From NCBI GenBank assembly GCA_052034805.1, contig JBPOID010000005.1:50984-114983 (forward strand): a stretch of 64,000 nucleotides of DNA, written 5' to 3'. A model generated the notes under the pieces. The model was not told the DNA's origin and ran no database searches. It saw only the letters and a list, made by a program, of their open reading frames with translations. Both the position numbers and the translations under genes were made by a program. Below, piece by piece: positions 26,393-37,161 of the stretch; the first letter of the stretch is position 1; every line of letters starts with the position of its first letter. Source of the DNA: Candidatus Tayloriibacteriota bacterium. Lineage in GTDB: Bacteria > Patescibacteriota > Minisyncoccia > Phycocordibacterales > PALSA-1337.

Positions 26393-29104
26393 CTATTTTT
26401 GTACTTCTATTTCTTTTATGATTATAGGGCTTTCGCTTTTCTTTTTATTCTTTACATCAAATGAGAATTCATCTGTACTACCCTTTTTCATACTAACGAT
26501 TATAGTACCGCCCTTCGATATTCCTTGGGATATCATAAGTCCCGCAACTGGTGTAAGTATTTTGTTCTGTATAAGTCTCTTTAGAGGTCTAGCTCCATAA
26601 TGCGGATTGTATCCTTCTTTAGCGAGATAGGCCATAATATCATTATTTACTATTAGATTTATTTCTTTATCTTTTAATCTTTCTATTACAGTATTCACTT
26701 GTATCTTTACTATTTTTTCTATAGAAGACATATCTAGAATATCGAAAAGTATAATATCATCTAGACGATTTAGAAATTCTGGACGGAAATAATCCTTTAG
26801 AGAATTCATAACCTTTACCTTTGTTTCAGCATAATTCACCTTTTCAACTGTATTTGCATTTGAATTTGTATTTGAATCTATAGCGAAACCTATTTTTTCC
26901 ATTTTCTCTATGAACTGTGCACCGATATTCGAAGTCATTATTATTACTGTATTTTTGAAATTCACTACACGTCCCTTTGAATCTGTTAATCTTCCATTAT
27001 CTAATACTTGCAAAAGTATATTGAACACTTCAGGATGTGCCTTTTCTATTTCATCGAATAGTATTACAGAATATGGTCTATGACGAACAAGCTCTGTTAG
27101 ATTTCCTCCTTCATCATGACCTATATATCCTGGAGGTGCACCTATGAGTTTGGATACTGAATGTTTCTCCATGAACTCTGACATATCTACACGTATAAGA
27201 GCTTTTTCATCATTGAATAGGAATTCAGCAAGAGCTTTCGTAAGTTCTGTTTTTCCAACTCCTGTAGGACCAAGGAAAATAAAAGAACCGATAGGACGAG
27301 ATGGATCTGCTATACCTGCTCTTGAACGTTTTATGGTGTCTGAGATTTTCTTTACTGCTTCGTCTTGGCCTATTATTCTATTCTTTATTTCTTCTTCCAT
27401 ACGAGAAAGCTTTATAGCTTCTTCTTCAAGCATTCTATTTACTGGTATACCAGTCCAACGTGATACTACATCAGCTATATCTTGTTCGGTTATTTCTTCT
27501 TTTAATATTCTTCTTGAACTTTGTAATTTCTTTAATCTTTTATTTTTATTTTCCAAATCTTTCTCTAAAGCAGGGATTTTGCCATAGCGTATCTCTGCCG
27601 CTTTTGCTAGATCAGCTCTGGCTTCTACAGCTTCGGCTTCTATTCTTAGACTTTCTAAATCTTTCTTTATTTTCTTTATATCGGTAATAGTTTCTTTTTC
27701 ATTTTTCCATTTTAATTCTAATTCTGATGTACTTTCTCGAAGATCAGCTATTTCCTTTTCTATTTTCTGAGTACGAGCTTTTGCATTTTTATCTTTTTCA
27801 TTTTCTTTCTTTAATGCTTCTCTTTCTATTTCTAAACGCATTATTTTCCTACGAGTTTCTTCTAATTGCGGTGGCATATTCTCTAGAGAAATCTTTAGGG
27901 CGGAAGCGGCTTCGTCTATAAGATCTACAGTTTTGTCTGGTAAAAATCTATCAGAAATATATCTACTTGATAGATTCACAGCAGAGACTATAGCATCATC
28001 TGTAATTCTTACACCATGATATAGTTCGTATTTTTCTTTCAAACCGCGAAGTATAGCTATAGCATCTTCTATATTTGGTTCCGCCACATATACAGGCTGA
28101 AAACGACGAGTAAGCGCTGGGTCTTTCTCTATATGCTTCTGATATTCTTTGAGTGTCGTTGCTCCTATAGCGCGCAGTTCCCCTCGAGCAAGTGCTGGCT
28201 TTAACATATTGCTTGCGTCCATAGAACCCTCGGATGCTCCAGCTCCTACTAATGTATGTATTTCATCTATAAATAATATTATCTTTCCTTCTGATCTTTC
28301 TATTTCTCTCAAAATATTTTTTAATCTTTCTTCGAATTCTCCACGATATTTAGTACCCGCGATGAGAGATCCCAGATCAAGAGATACTAATTCTTTATCC
28401 TTCAATGATTCTGGCACATCACCTTGCGCCATACGTATAGCCAATCCTTCAACTATAGCAGTTTTACCAACTCCAGCTTCACCTATAAGTATTGGATTAT
28501 TCTTTGTTCTACGAGAAAGTATTTGTATTATACGGAGTATTTCATTATCACGGCCTATAACAGGATCTAATTTATTTTCTTTTGCAAGCTTTGTGAGACT
28601 TCTAGCATATTTCGATAGAGTTCTCATTTTCTTTGGCTTATCGTCTTCACCTTCTTTAGAATCTTTTAATTCCTGTATTATACTCATTACATTTTGTCTA
28701 TCTATTTTGAATCTAAGAAGAATATCTCTAGCTTGATTCTGTATATCGAAACATCCAACGAATAGATGTTCTGTAGAAATAAATTCATCCTTTAGAGATT
28801 GTGCCACCTTGCCCGCATGTTCTATTATCGATGCGAGTTCCGGTGTTAGATATATTTGGTATGAAGGAGAAAGTGTTCTTCCTGATTCTGGTGCTTCTAT
28901 ATTTTCTAATATTACATCAGTAAGAAGCATAGTATCTATTTCCATTTTATCTAGAATAGATGCAACCATACTCTCTTCTTGTAGAATAAGAGCACATAAT
29001 AAATGTACAGGATTAACATGATTCTGGCCTCTTTCTATAGCCAATTCATGTGATCTTCTCAAAGCTTCTTTCGCTTTTGTTGTGAAATTTGTTAATGGTG
29101 GCAT
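26393..29104 (-). CDS. clpB: ATP-dependent chaperone ClpB
   Basis: Two AAA modules ([16 protein letters not shown]), long middle coiled coil, GARPLKR. Confidence 0.95.
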   Translation of the reverse strand: MPPLTNFTTKAKEALRRSHELAIERGQNHVNPVHLLCALILQEESMVASILDKMEIDTMLLTDVILENIEAPESGRTLSPSYQIYLTPELASIIEHAGKVAQSLKDEFISTEHLFVGCFDIQNQARDILLRFKIDRQNVMSIIQELKDSKEGEDDKPKKMRTLSKYARSLTKLAKENKLDPVIGRDNEILRIIQILSRRTKNNPILIGEAGVGKTAIVEGLAIRMAQGDVPESLKDKELVSLDLGSLIAGTKYRGEFEERLKNILREIERSEGKIILFIDEIHTLVGAGASEGSMDASNMLKPALARGELRAIGATTLKEYQKHIEKDPALTRRFQPVYVAEPNIEDAIAILRGLKEKYELYHGVRITDDAIVSAVNLSSRYISDRFLPDKTVDLIDEAASALKISLENMPPQLEETRRKIMRLEIEREALKKENEKDKNAKARTQKIEKEIADLRESTSELELKWKNEKETITDIKKIKKDLESLRIEAEAVEARADLAKAAEIRYGKIPALEKDLENKNKRLKKLQSSRRILKEEITEQDIADVVSRWTGIPVNRMLEEEAIKLSRMEEEIKNRIIGQDEAVKKISDTIKRSRAGIADPSRPIGSFIFLGPTGVGKTELTKALAEFLFNDEKALIRVDMSEFMEKHSVSKLIGAPPGYIGHDEGGNLTELVRHRPYSVILFDEIEKAHPEVFNILLQVLDNGRLTDSKGRVVNFKNTVIIMTSNIGAQFIEKMEKIGFAIDSNTNSNANTVEKVNYAETKVKVMNSLKDYFRPEFLNRLDDIILFDILDMSSIEKIVKIQVNTVIERLKDKEINLIVNNDIMAYLAKEGYNPHYGARPLKRLIQNKILTPVAGLMISQGISKGGTIIVSMKKGSTDEFSFDVKNKKKSESPIIIKEIEVQK

Positions 29105-29155
29105 ATATAATATGAATATGGCTTATAATAATGACAAAAACCAAATATGTCAACG

Positions 29156-29977
29156 TTATCTTGATATAATTGGTATACTAGGTTTCAAAGCATTTATAGG
29201 ATAGAAAATGCTTTTATCTTTTTCTTTATTCTCTTTGAATGTCTTTGTTTCTATTCCTATAATTTCTCCAGAAATAGTAAAGAGTGGACTACCAATATCT
29301 ATATTAGAAGAATCAATAGAAGTAAATATAGGACTAACCAAGGTCAATGCATTATAAGAATTGTTTGATTCATTTACTGTTTTTATTATTCCCTGTTCCA
29401 AAGAGTTTATATTCTTACCATGAAGAGAGAATACTGATTGACCAAGCTTAACAGATGAAGCGAATTTCATAGAACTCAAATGAATAGAATCTTTCTTTTC
29501 TTTTGGAATATCCATAATAGCAAATACAATATCTCCATCTATCTGAGATTGGATAATATGAATAGATAATTCCGTACCATCATATAATCTAGCTACTGGA
29601 TCAGTGATACTATCTATAGAAGATCTATCAGCAAGTATTACACCATCGGAAGAAACTATAATACCTAAACCAGTTATAGAATCAGCATTACTGTCTTTTG
29701 GTTTTATTCTGACTATACTTTCTCCGACAACTTCTGCATTTATTGCTATTTGATCTTTATAATCCAGAACATTGGCAGTATTATCTGTATTTTTAGGATT
29801 TGAATTATCAGAAACAACCCTTTCTATTGTTCTCTCTACAACATTATTTATAGTTTGAGTTACTCCTGTAGGACTTTGATCCATAAGAGATACTGTAACT
29901 ATACCCGTAGCCATAGAAGTTACAAAACTTGTGAAAAGAGTTAGGAGTACTATTTGTTGTTTAGTTAAATGCTCCAT
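29156..29977 (-). CDS. Trypsin-like (HtrA-related) domain protein with a degenerate catalytic triad
   Basis: GLGIIVSSDGVIL, LGQSV, GSPLFTISGEIIGI fold motifs; no His or GNSGG serine. Confidence 0.65.
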   Translation of the reverse strand: MEHLTKQQIVLLTLFTSFVTSMATGIVTVSLMDQSPTGVTQTINNVVERTIERVVSDNSNPKNTDNTANVLDYKDQIAINAEVVGESIVRIKPKDSNADSITGLGIIVSSDGVILADRSSIDSITDPVARLYDGTELSIHIIQSQIDGDIVFAIMDIPKEKKDSIHLSSMKFASSVKLGQSVFSLHGKNINSLEQGIIKTVNESNNSYNALTLVSPIFTSIDSSNIDIGSPLFTISGEIIGIETKTFKENKEKDKSIFYPINALKPSIPIISR

Positions 29978-30044
29978 ATATACATATTATATATGTTAGC
30001 AACTACTCTCGCAAATTATACATATATATTTTATAATCATACCT

Positions 30045-30527
30045 ATGAACTTTGCTCTTGGCCCAATAGAGATAGTGATAATAGTACTATTTGTAATAGT
30101 TATAGTACTTTCCTTTTGCCTTGCAAATCTATATTCAAAATTAAAAAAATTACTATTAGGAAATAAAACAGAAAATATAGGTGATTCTATAGAATCAATG
30201 AATAAATCTATAAATGAATTAGGAATATTCCGTAAAGAATTAGAAAGTTATCTTACATTAGTAGAAAAAAGATTAAGAAAAAGCACTCAAGCAATACACA
30301 CCGTTAGATTCAATCCATTCAAAGGCACAGGAAATGGTGGAAATCAGAGTTTCGCCACAGCTTTTATAAATGAAGATGGAGATGGAGTAGTAGTATCTAG
30401 TCTATATTCTCGTGAACATGTAAGTATATTTTCAAAACCAATTAAAAAAGGTAATTCCGAATACGAACTAACCGAAGAAGAAAGAAAAGCAATAGATGAA
30501 GCGGTAAAAATAGTAAAAGTGAATTGA
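30045..30527 (+). CDS. DUF4446-family protein
   Basis: N-terminal TM; VRFNPF...GGNQSF...GDGVVVSSLYSRE...KPI...YELTEEE. Confidence 0.8.
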   Translation: MNFALGPIEIVIIVLFVIVIVLSFCLANLYSKLKKLLLGNKTENIGDSIESMNKSINELGIFRKELESYLTLVEKRLRKSTQAIHTVRFNPFKGTGNGGNQSFATAFINEDGDGVVVSSLYSREHVSIFSKPIKKGNSEYELTEEERKAIDEAVKIVKVN

Positions 30528-30619
30528 AAATTAATTTTTAATAATTTAATTTAATAAAGAAACCATTAAATAAACGCCCTAGTCAATGGTCGTTTTTTCT
30601 GATACAGTATACTATCAAT

Positions 30620-32137
30620 ATGGAGAAAAAGACCTTAAATACAAATATGACAAAAAGACCCCCCGTTATAGTAGTAATGGGCCATATTGATCATGGAAAA
30701 AGTACTCTTTTGGATTATATAAGAAAATCAAATATAGTAGCCAAAGAAGCCGGTGGTATAACACAACATCTAGGTGCTTATGAATTAAACCATACAACTT
30801 CTGACGGCAAGACAAGTGCCATGACTTTCCTCGACACTCCTGGTCATGAAGCATTCTGTTCCATAAGAGAACGTGGTGCCTCTGCCGCTGATGTAGCCAT
30901 ACTAGTAGTATCAGCAGAAGATGGAGTAAAACCCCAAACAGTAGAAGCATTGAAATGTATAAGAAAAGAAGAAATACCTTTTATAGTTGCAATAAATAAA
31001 ATAGACAAACAAGGTGCAAATATAGAATTAACAAAACAAAGTCTAGCAGAAAATGAAATATATGTAGAAGGATACGGTGGTGATATACCGGTTGTTCCAA
31101 TATCAGCCCTAAATGGTAAAGGCATATCAGAACTATTAGATATGATTACTCTCATCACAGATATGGAAGACTTGAAAGCCAATAAAGGAAATAAAGCAAA
31201 AGGCATAATAGCAGAAGCAACTCTAGATAATAAAAAAGGCATTTCTTCTACAATAATAATAAAAGACGGAACACTAGAAAGCGGAATGTATATAGTTTCA
31301 GGAAATGCATATTCACCAATACGCATAATGGAAGATTGTCATGGCAAATCCATAAAATCTGCAACTTTCTCAAGCCCCGTAAAGGTTATAGGTTGGAATA
31401 AAGTACCAACCGTGGGAGCAGACTTTATATCTCTAGATGATAAAAAAGAAGCAGAATTATTAGCTTCTCAATACAAAGAAGAATTAGATGATGAAATAAT
31501 AAATATAAAAGAAAGCGAAAACTCTGTAATAATTCCTCTTATAATCAAAGCCGATACAACAGGAAGTCTAGATGGTATAAAGCATGAATTAGGCAAAATA
31601 AAGAATGAGAAAGTAAAGATAAAAATAATAAGCGAAGGAATAGGAAATATAAATGAAAGCGATGTAAAGAAAGCTCAAAGTAATGACAAAATCATTATAC
31701 TATCATTCAATGCAAAGCCAGATGCAAAAGCAAAAAGTATATTAGAAAGAGGCACAATACAGATGAAATCATTCGATATTATCTATAACCTTACAGAATT
31801 CGTAAAAAATCTAGTATTATCAAATATACCAAAAGAATATATAGACGAGATAAGCGGTACAGCAAAAATATTAATGGTATTTAGTAAAAATAAAGACAAA
31901 CAAATACTCGGAGGAAAGGTAGAAAAAGGAAGTATACTCATAGGAAGTGAAGTAAAGATATTAAGACGCGAAGGAGAAATAGGCCTAGGCAGAATAAAAG
32001 AATTACAACAACAAAAAGTCAAAGCAAGTGAAGTAAATGAAGGCTATGAATTCGGAGCTCTTATAGAATCAAAAATAGAAATAGCCAAAGGAGATAGAAT
32101 ACAATGTTTCAAAGTAGTAGAAAAGAAAATAATATAA
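30620..32137 (+). CDS. infB: Translation initiation factor IF-2 (short form)
   Basis: RPPVIVVMGHIDHGKSTLLD, EAGGITQH, DTPGHEAF. Confidence 0.96.
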   Translation: MEKKTLNTNMTKRPPVIVVMGHIDHGKSTLLDYIRKSNIVAKEAGGITQHLGAYELNHTTSDGKTSAMTFLDTPGHEAFCSIRERGASAADVAILVVSAEDGVKPQTVEALKCIRKEEIPFIVAINKIDKQGANIELTKQSLAENEIYVEGYGGDIPVVPISALNGKGISELLDMITLITDMEDLKANKGNKAKGIIAEATLDNKKGISSTIIIKDGTLESGMYIVSGNAYSPIRIMEDCHGKSIKSATFSSPVKVIGWNKVPTVGADFISLDDKKEAELLASQYKEELDDEIINIKESENSVIIPLIIKADTTGSLDGIKHELGKIKNEKVKIKIISEGIGNINESDVKKAQSNDKIIILSFNAKPDAKAKSILERGTIQMKSFDIIYNLTEFVKNLVLSNIPKEYIDEISGTAKILMVFSKNKDKQILGGKVEKGSILIGSEVKILRREGEIGLGRIKELQQQKVKASEVNEGYEFGALIESKIEIAKGDRIQCFKVVEKKII

Positions 32138-32141
32138 ACCC

Positions 32142-32465
32142 ATGTCACAGAAAGATGAAATATTAAAAGAATTAATCAGAAAAGCTGCTGGAGAATTCAT
32201 ACAAAAAGAATCAAATTACACTTCTCTTATAACCATAACTGACGTAGCCTTGGCCGAAAGAGGAAAGCGTTCAAAGATATTCTTTACAGTATTACCAGAA
32301 GAAAAAGAAAAAGCCGTATCAGATTTCCTAAAAAGAAAAAGAAGTGAATTCAGAGAATTTTTCAAAGATAAAGCTCGTATGAGAGCTCTTCCCTTTTTTG
32401 ATTTCGAAATAGATAAAGGAGAAAAAAATCGTCAGCATATAGACGAAATCGCTAGGAGTCTGTAG
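32142..32465 (+). CDS. rbfA: Ribosome-binding factor A
   Basis: Follows infB; LITITDV...MRALPFFDFEID pattern. Confidence 0.85.
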   Translation: MSQKDEILKELIRKAAGEFIQKESNYTSLITITDVALAERGKRSKIFFTVLPEEKEKAVSDFLKRKRSEFREFFKDKARMRALPFFDFEIDKGEKNRQHIDEIARSL

Positions 32466-32510
32466 AATGAATATAGAATAAAGTATTATATAAATCAATT
32501 GAAATCAAAT

Positions 32511-32584
32511 GGCGTAGTGGCGAAGTTGGTCAACGCGACAGTCTGCAAAACTGTTATGCGCCGGTTCGATCCCGGCCTACGCCT
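32511..32584 (+). tRNA. tRNA-Cys(GCA)
   Basis: GGCGTAG/CTACGCC acceptor, ACAGT-CTGCAAA-ACTGT anticodon arm. Confidence 0.95.
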
Positions 32585-32663
32585 CAAAATAAAGATAATA
32601 ATTCAATAGATTTTACATTTTCTATATATACGTGATAACATGATATAAATAAGAAATATTAAT

Positions 32664-32747
32664 GCCCGGGTGGCGTAATTGGTAGCCGCAGTAGACTTAA
32701 AATCTGCCGACCGTAAGGTCATGTGGGTTCGATTCCCACCCCGGGCA
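32664..32747 (+). tRNA. tRNA-Leu(TAA)
   Basis: GCCCGGG/CCCGGGC acceptor, GTAGA-CTTAAAA-TCTGC anticodon arm, long variable arm. Confidence 0.95.
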
Positions 32748-32815
32748 CATTTGATTAGTGTTATATAGAATACCTAACATCCCCCCAACAATCCAAAAGA
32801 TGTTAGAATATAGGC

Positions 32816-33535
32816 ATGTATAGAATAGTACATGGTTTCAGAATAACTAAAAAAAGAAAACATAAGAAAATATTAGGTACACTTTTATTATTATTTATAA
32901 TACTAATATCCAGTATAATATTCTTCTCATCAGGCGATTCTGCAAATATATTATTATCTAATCTATTACTATCATTATTTAGACTTGTTATAGCTTATTT
33001 TATATCTCTAACTTTAGCTATATTGATAGCCATACCGGTAAGCAATACTAGATTTGGAGATTTTATGATACCTGTTTTTGATCTATTACAGAATCTTCCT
33101 TCATTCGCATTAATTCCTATTTTTATATCTTGGCTTGGATATACAAATATTATGACAATAGTATTCGCCGCCACCTCCATCCTTTGGCCAATATTATTTT
33201 ATATATTACATGCCTTAAAGACAGCATCGAAGGATCAAGAAAATGCAGCGAGAATATTCGGTGCAAAAGGTATAAAGAAAGTATTATTTTTTTCTTTACC
33301 TGTATCCTTCCCTGCTATCATCACAGGTTCAATAGTCGGTTTCAGTATTGGCTGGGAAGCTATAATAGGAGTTGAGATTATAGGATTAACGAATGGCATA
33401 GGTTCATTTATAAATAATCCATCACATAATAACAATCTAGTGCTAGGTATATCTGCTTTACTTGTCATAGTATTTCTAATAAACAGATTGGTATGGATGC
33501 CATTATTAAAGAAATCACAATTATATGCAGAATAA
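32816..33535 (+). CDS. ABC transporter permease (nitrate/sulfonate/taurine type)
   Basis: LQNLPSFALIP, EAA-loop-like ENAARIFGA, multiple TM. Confidence 0.85.
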   Translation: MYRIVHGFRITKKRKHKKILGTLLLLFIILISSIIFFSSGDSANILLSNLLLSLFRLVIAYFISLTLAILIAIPVSNTRFGDFMIPVFDLLQNLPSFALIPIFISWLGYTNIMTIVFAATSILWPILFYILHALKTASKDQENAARIFGAKGIKKVLFFSLPVSFPAIITGSIVGFSIGWEAIIGVEIIGLTNGIGSFINNPSHNNNLVLGISALLVIVFLINRLVWMPLLKKSQLYAE

Positions 33536-34259
33536 AAATATAGCCGAAATAAAAGATCTTTCTTATTCATATATAAATGAAGAGACTAATGAACATATAA
33601 ATGTAATAAAGGATATATCTTTCCATATAAAAAGTGGAGAATTCTTGTCTATAGTTGGACCATCAGGTTGTGGCAAATCTACATTATTAGAAATAATTGC
33701 AGGATTAATAAAAGCAAAGCATGGAAATATAATTTTGAATACAGATAGAATATCATTTGTATTCCAGAATTTTGCCTTATTCCCTTGGCTTACTGTTAGA
33801 GAAAATATTGAATTTGGTTTAAAGATGAAAAATATTCCAAAAGCAGAGAGAAAAAAGATATCAGAAGAAAAAATAGAAGAAATCGGTTTAAAAGGTTTTG
33901 AAAATAAATATCCAATAGAATTATCAGGAGGAATGAAACAAAGAGTAGGTATTGCAAGAGCATTAGCTATAAATCCAGAATTATTACTTATGGATGAGCC
34001 CTTCTCAAGTCTCGATGTAATCACAGCAGAAAAATTGAGAGCAGAATTACTTGAAATATGGAAAAAATACAAAATGACAATTGTTATGGTTACACATCTA
34101 GTAGATGAGGCGGTAGAATTATCTGATAGAGTATTGATATTCGGTAAAAGACCTACATATATAAAGGAAACTATAACAATAGATTCTGTTAAACCTAGAG
34201 ACAAAAGATCTCATGAGTATTACAAGATAATAGACGATATAACAAATAAAATAGAATAA
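33525..34259 (+). CDS. ABC transporter ATP-binding protein (SsuB/TauB-like)
   Basis: GPSGCGKST, LSGGMKQR, LLMDEPFSSLD, VTH. Confidence 0.93.
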   Translation: MQNKNIAEIKDLSYSYINEETNEHINVIKDISFHIKSGEFLSIVGPSGCGKSTLLEIIAGLIKAKHGNIILNTDRISFVFQNFALFPWLTVRENIEFGLKMKNIPKAERKKISEEKIEEIGLKGFENKYPIELSGGMKQRVGIARALAINPELLLMDEPFSSLDVITAEKLRAELLEIWKKYKMTIVMVTHLVDEAVELSDRVLIFGKRPTYIKETITIDSVKPRDKRSHEYYKIIDDITNKIE

Positions 34260-34367
34260 AGAAGGTGAATAAATGATCACACTTTAAAACTAAATTAAAA
34301 AGTATATACGCCCATAGTCGTCATTGCTAATTATCATTATTTCTGTTATATTTTTTCATGTATCTTT

Positions 34368-34478
34368 GTTTGTAAATGTAATAATGTAAATATGCGCCCA
34401 TAGCTGTTTTGGTAGTTAAAGACAGGATGAGGTGATATGAGTTTGTAAATGTAATAATGTAAATATGCGCCCATAGCT
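34368..34478 (+). repeat. 38-bp direct repeat (34368-34405, 34441-34478) with a 35-bp spacer; includes the first 12 nt of tRNA-Lys
   Basis: gtttgtaaatgtaataatgtaaatatgcgcccatagct twice; degenerate third copy (cgcccatag) at 34309-34317. Confidence 0.92.
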
Positions 34479-34539
34479 CAGTTGGTAGAGCAGATCCCTC
34501 TTAAGGATAAGGTCGTAGGTTCGACCCCTACTGGGCGCA
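34467..34539 (+). tRNA. tRNA-Lys(CTT)
   Basis: GCGCCCA/TGGGCGC acceptor, ATCC-CTCTTAA-GGAT anticodon arm, GTTCGAC T-loop. Confidence 0.93.
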
Positions 34540-34594
34540 CAAGTTTCAATAAAATTGAAACGAATATATAATATAATTCAGTTATATATTATAT

Positions 34595-34676
34595 GCCGAG
34601 GTGGCGAAATTGGCAGACGCACTTGCCTTAGGAGCAAGCGGGGTGACCCATGGAGGTTCAAGTCCTCTCCTCGGCA
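34595..34676 (+). tRNA. tRNA-Leu(TAG)
   Basis: GCCGAGG/CCTCGGC acceptor, CTTGC-CTTAGGA-GCAAG anticodon arm. Confidence 0.95.
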
Positions 34677-34707
34677 CAATCTGATATAAAACCCATATAA
34701 ATACCCA

Positions 34708-34735
34708 TTGACAAAAGGGTTATTTGATGTATAAT
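34708..34735 (+). promoter_or_regulatory. Sigma70-type promoter of 34820-35989
   Basis: TTGACA-N16-TATAAT. Confidence 0.75.
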
Positions 34736-34819
34736 TATATAAGAACAGGCATTTAAACCGAAGCTAAAGCTTAGGTTGAAAGTTGAAATAACAATCAAAA
34801 TAAGGGGAAAGAAAAGTTT

Positions 34820-35989
34820 ATGATTCGATCATGGATGGCTGAAGATGGGAGAACGATCTGGGCGGAAGCTCCGGATAAATACCCTCAATGGATGGTTGGT
34901 GTGGCCAAAATTGGGTTTCTAAATTACCTGAATCCCTTCGGAGAAAGGGTTATGTCAGAGAAAGAAGAGCTGAAGCCCGTCTCCAAGGGAGACAAGGACG
35001 GCGAAGACAATATCGCCAAAGCCGGTAACGTTTGGTACAAGCTCGAGGTCAGCAAGAAACTAGCCCTTAAGAAGGGTAAAAAATATATGGTAGAAATCAT
35101 GCCATATGAGATGCCCCCCGTCCCTGGACCAGGAACTACATCACCCACTCCAGTCCCAACAAAAGACTTGTACAGAGTGGACCTCTCGAGGGTGAACAAG
35201 GGAAAGAAAGGGTTTTGGCTTTTTCTATTCATTCTTGCAACCATCATTGTACTCGGAACAATCGGCTACAAGACCTTTCAGTGGTATAAAAACCACAAAA
35301 AAGAATCCGTGCCGATCATGGGTACAAACAGTGTAGGAAATGGCGTAGAACAATTGATCCAGAAAAACCTGGAAATGTCGGGAAAGATTGAGGAGTTGGA
35401 GAAGAAATTGGAAGAGCAAAGGAAGAAAAGCTCTACCAACTCATCGACTTCTTCTATTTATCCCACCCCACCGACGAATTCGACACCAACGAATCTGCCC
35501 ACGAGTGTTTCCCTCACCCACACTACAAATCAAATTGTAGTGACCAATATCAGTCAGGAAAGAGAAAGTCGGGAAAGGATTGATTCTGGCGGGCAAGTTG
35601 TTGTAGTGAACGGAGGTGGAAATAAATTCACCTTCCATAACTATAACGGTAGAAGTAACGGGGACACATACAACACATCACCAAAAGTGATGTGGCCGGA
35701 CGATAGCAGGCCAAATCGTCACTACCCTATTATGGGCGAAAAGGTGGATTTGCCACCTGGTGAAGATTACTGCTATTGTTACCCTACTACTGGAAAGTGG
35801 AGGGTGGACGTATATACTGATGCGGAATCAGTGAAAAGTGCCTACAATGTAGGCACCGAGCAAGAACCTAAATGGGTTCTAACGCGGGATTTCAATCCCA
35901 CTCAAACAGCAGTTGGGCTCAGACTCAAAAATCTGAGTCAAACAAAGATAAGTGTCACATTTGTTCTTACAAGGAAAGCAGGTCCTTGA
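34820..35989 (+). CDS. Single-TM hypothetical protein with coiled coil and Ser/Thr/Asn-rich linker, cassette-type
   Basis: 389 aa, internal TM (GFWLFLFILATIIVLGTIGY), GC-richer, own promoter and terminator. Confidence 0.75.
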   Translation: MIRSWMAEDGRTIWAEAPDKYPQWMVGVAKIGFLNYLNPFGERVMSEKEELKPVSKGDKDGEDNIAKAGNVWYKLEVSKKLALKKGKKYMVEIMPYEMPPVPGPGTTSPTPVPTKDLYRVDLSRVNKGKKGFWLFLFILATIIVLGTIGYKTFQWYKNHKKESVPIMGTNSVGNGVEQLIQKNLEMSGKIEELEKKLEEQRKKSSTNSSTSSIYPTPPTNSTPTNLPTSVSLTHTTNQIVVTNISQERESRERIDSGGQVVVVNGGGNKFTFHNYNGRSNGDTYNTSPKVMWPDDSRPNRHYPIMGEKVDLPPGEDYCYCYPTTGKWRVDVYTDAESVKSAYNVGTEQEPKWVLTRDFNPTQTAVGLRLKNLSQTKISVTFVLTRKAGP

Positions 35990-36004
35990 GGAGCGAACTA
36001 CACT

Positions 36005-36039
36005 AGGGCATGGCGCAAGCCATGCCCTTTATTATTTTT
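36005..36039 (+). terminator. Intrinsic terminator
   Basis: agggcatggc-gcaa-gccatgccct perfect 10-bp stem plus T-tract. Confidence 0.9.
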
Positions 36040-36102
36040 ATATATGATACTCCAAGCATTAAAAACGCCATTTTAGCTAATAATTTAAGGATATAAATGA
36101 TA

Positions 36103-36131
36103 TTGACTTTATGTCTTATTTATGTTAATAT
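36103..36131 (+). promoter_or_regulatory. Sigma70-type promoter of the 36202-37574 unit
   Basis: TTGACT-N17-TAATAT with extended TG. Confidence 0.65.
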
Positions 36132-36201
36132 AATAAGAGAAACAAAGAGATCGGTGTTAATAAACAAAAACACTTTTGACAACAAAAAACAGGAGACAAA
36201 A

Positions 36202-37161
36202 ATGAAAATGGTAGAAGAAAATAAGGTACCGAATGGACCGATGGTCCTCGGTATCACAGTGTTTCTGGCTATAATAAGCCTGACACTATTTGTAACAGGG
36301 GTACTCATAGAGATTCCTATGGAATTCTCTATCCCCCTTTCACTAGCCCTTGCAAGTAGCATCTTTTACAAAAAAGTGCTCGGCAATTTCCTAGTCATCG
36401 TACCGGAAAACAAAGCATGGATCATATCCAATGCTTTCAAAGACGAAGAAGTTTCTGAAAATAGTCTCACAGAGACTGGCTATAGAAATATCAAGGCTCA
36501 GAGAGAACTTCAAGCGGGAATACATTTCATATACCCTTGGGAAAGTAAAGCTGAGGAAATCGATATGAAATGGTTCAATTCCATCGGTTCCAAAGAAGAA
36601 GATGGTGGAAACTCTTACACTCTCAAGAACGGACGCACTGTAAAAATTGCGTGGCAAGTCAGAGTAGTACCACTTCCAGGGTTCTTGGTCAACTTCAATC
36701 GAAGCGACAAGAAAGACATCGAGAGAAAGGTAAGAGCTCGAGCCGAAGCCTTCTTCCAAGGATATATCGGTAATCTAGAACTTGTTCAATTTGGAAATGA
36801 ACAAAAGAAAGACATCGAAAAAGCCTTCGAAAATCTATGGGGTGGAGAATCTACTAAAGACGATCAAGAAAAAGAGCTTGGAGTCTGGACTGGTACACCC
36901 GAAGTATTTGATATCAGCAATCCTAAAGATGTTGAGATTCAAATGAACTGGGAAGCCATAATGTTGTCTACCACAACAATTGCAAAGAGAATGGTAGAGG
37001 AATCTGGAAACAAGATGTCCTTCCAAGATGCTATGAGATTGGCTCTAATAGGCCAAGGCAAAGCAAAAATGGAAATGGTGGATGTTGTGGGCCTCCTCGG
37101 AGGAGGAGGTAAAAAAGATCAACAGCAACAACAAAGACAGCCTAAAAAAGGAGGTAAGTGA
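36202..37161 (+). CDS. SPFH/band-7-like membrane protein, cassette-type
   Basis: Two N-terminal TM, VIVPEN...AGIHFIYPW...DISNPKDVE pattern; AGGAG SD, start reassigned to 36202. Confidence 0.6.
   Translation: MKMVEENKVPNGPMVLGITVFLAIISLTLFVTGVLIEIPMEFSIPLSLALASSIFYKKVLGNFLVIVPENKAWIISNAFKDEEVSENSLTETGYRNIKAQRELQAGIHFIYPWESKAEEIDMKWFNSIGSKEEDGGNSYTLKNGRTVKIAWQVRVVPLPGFLVNFNRSDKKDIERKVRARAEAFFQGYIGNLELVQFGNEQKKDIEKAFENLWGGESTKDDQEKELGVWTGTPEVFDISNPKDVEIQMNWEAIMLSTTTIAKRMVEESGNKMSFQDAMRLALIGQGKAKMEMVDVVGLLGGGGKKDQQQQQRQPKKGGK

Noticed and set aside
26418-29021. Many antisense ORFs of 60-226 aa within clpB and other core genes (e.g. 33563-34204, 57783-58463)
   Set aside because: Shadow frames of real genes caused by codon bias.
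34368-34478. CRISPR array call
   Set aside because: Only two exact repeats, the repeat overlaps the tRNA itself, the third copy is off-period, and no cas genes are present; kept as a tRNA-derived repeat.
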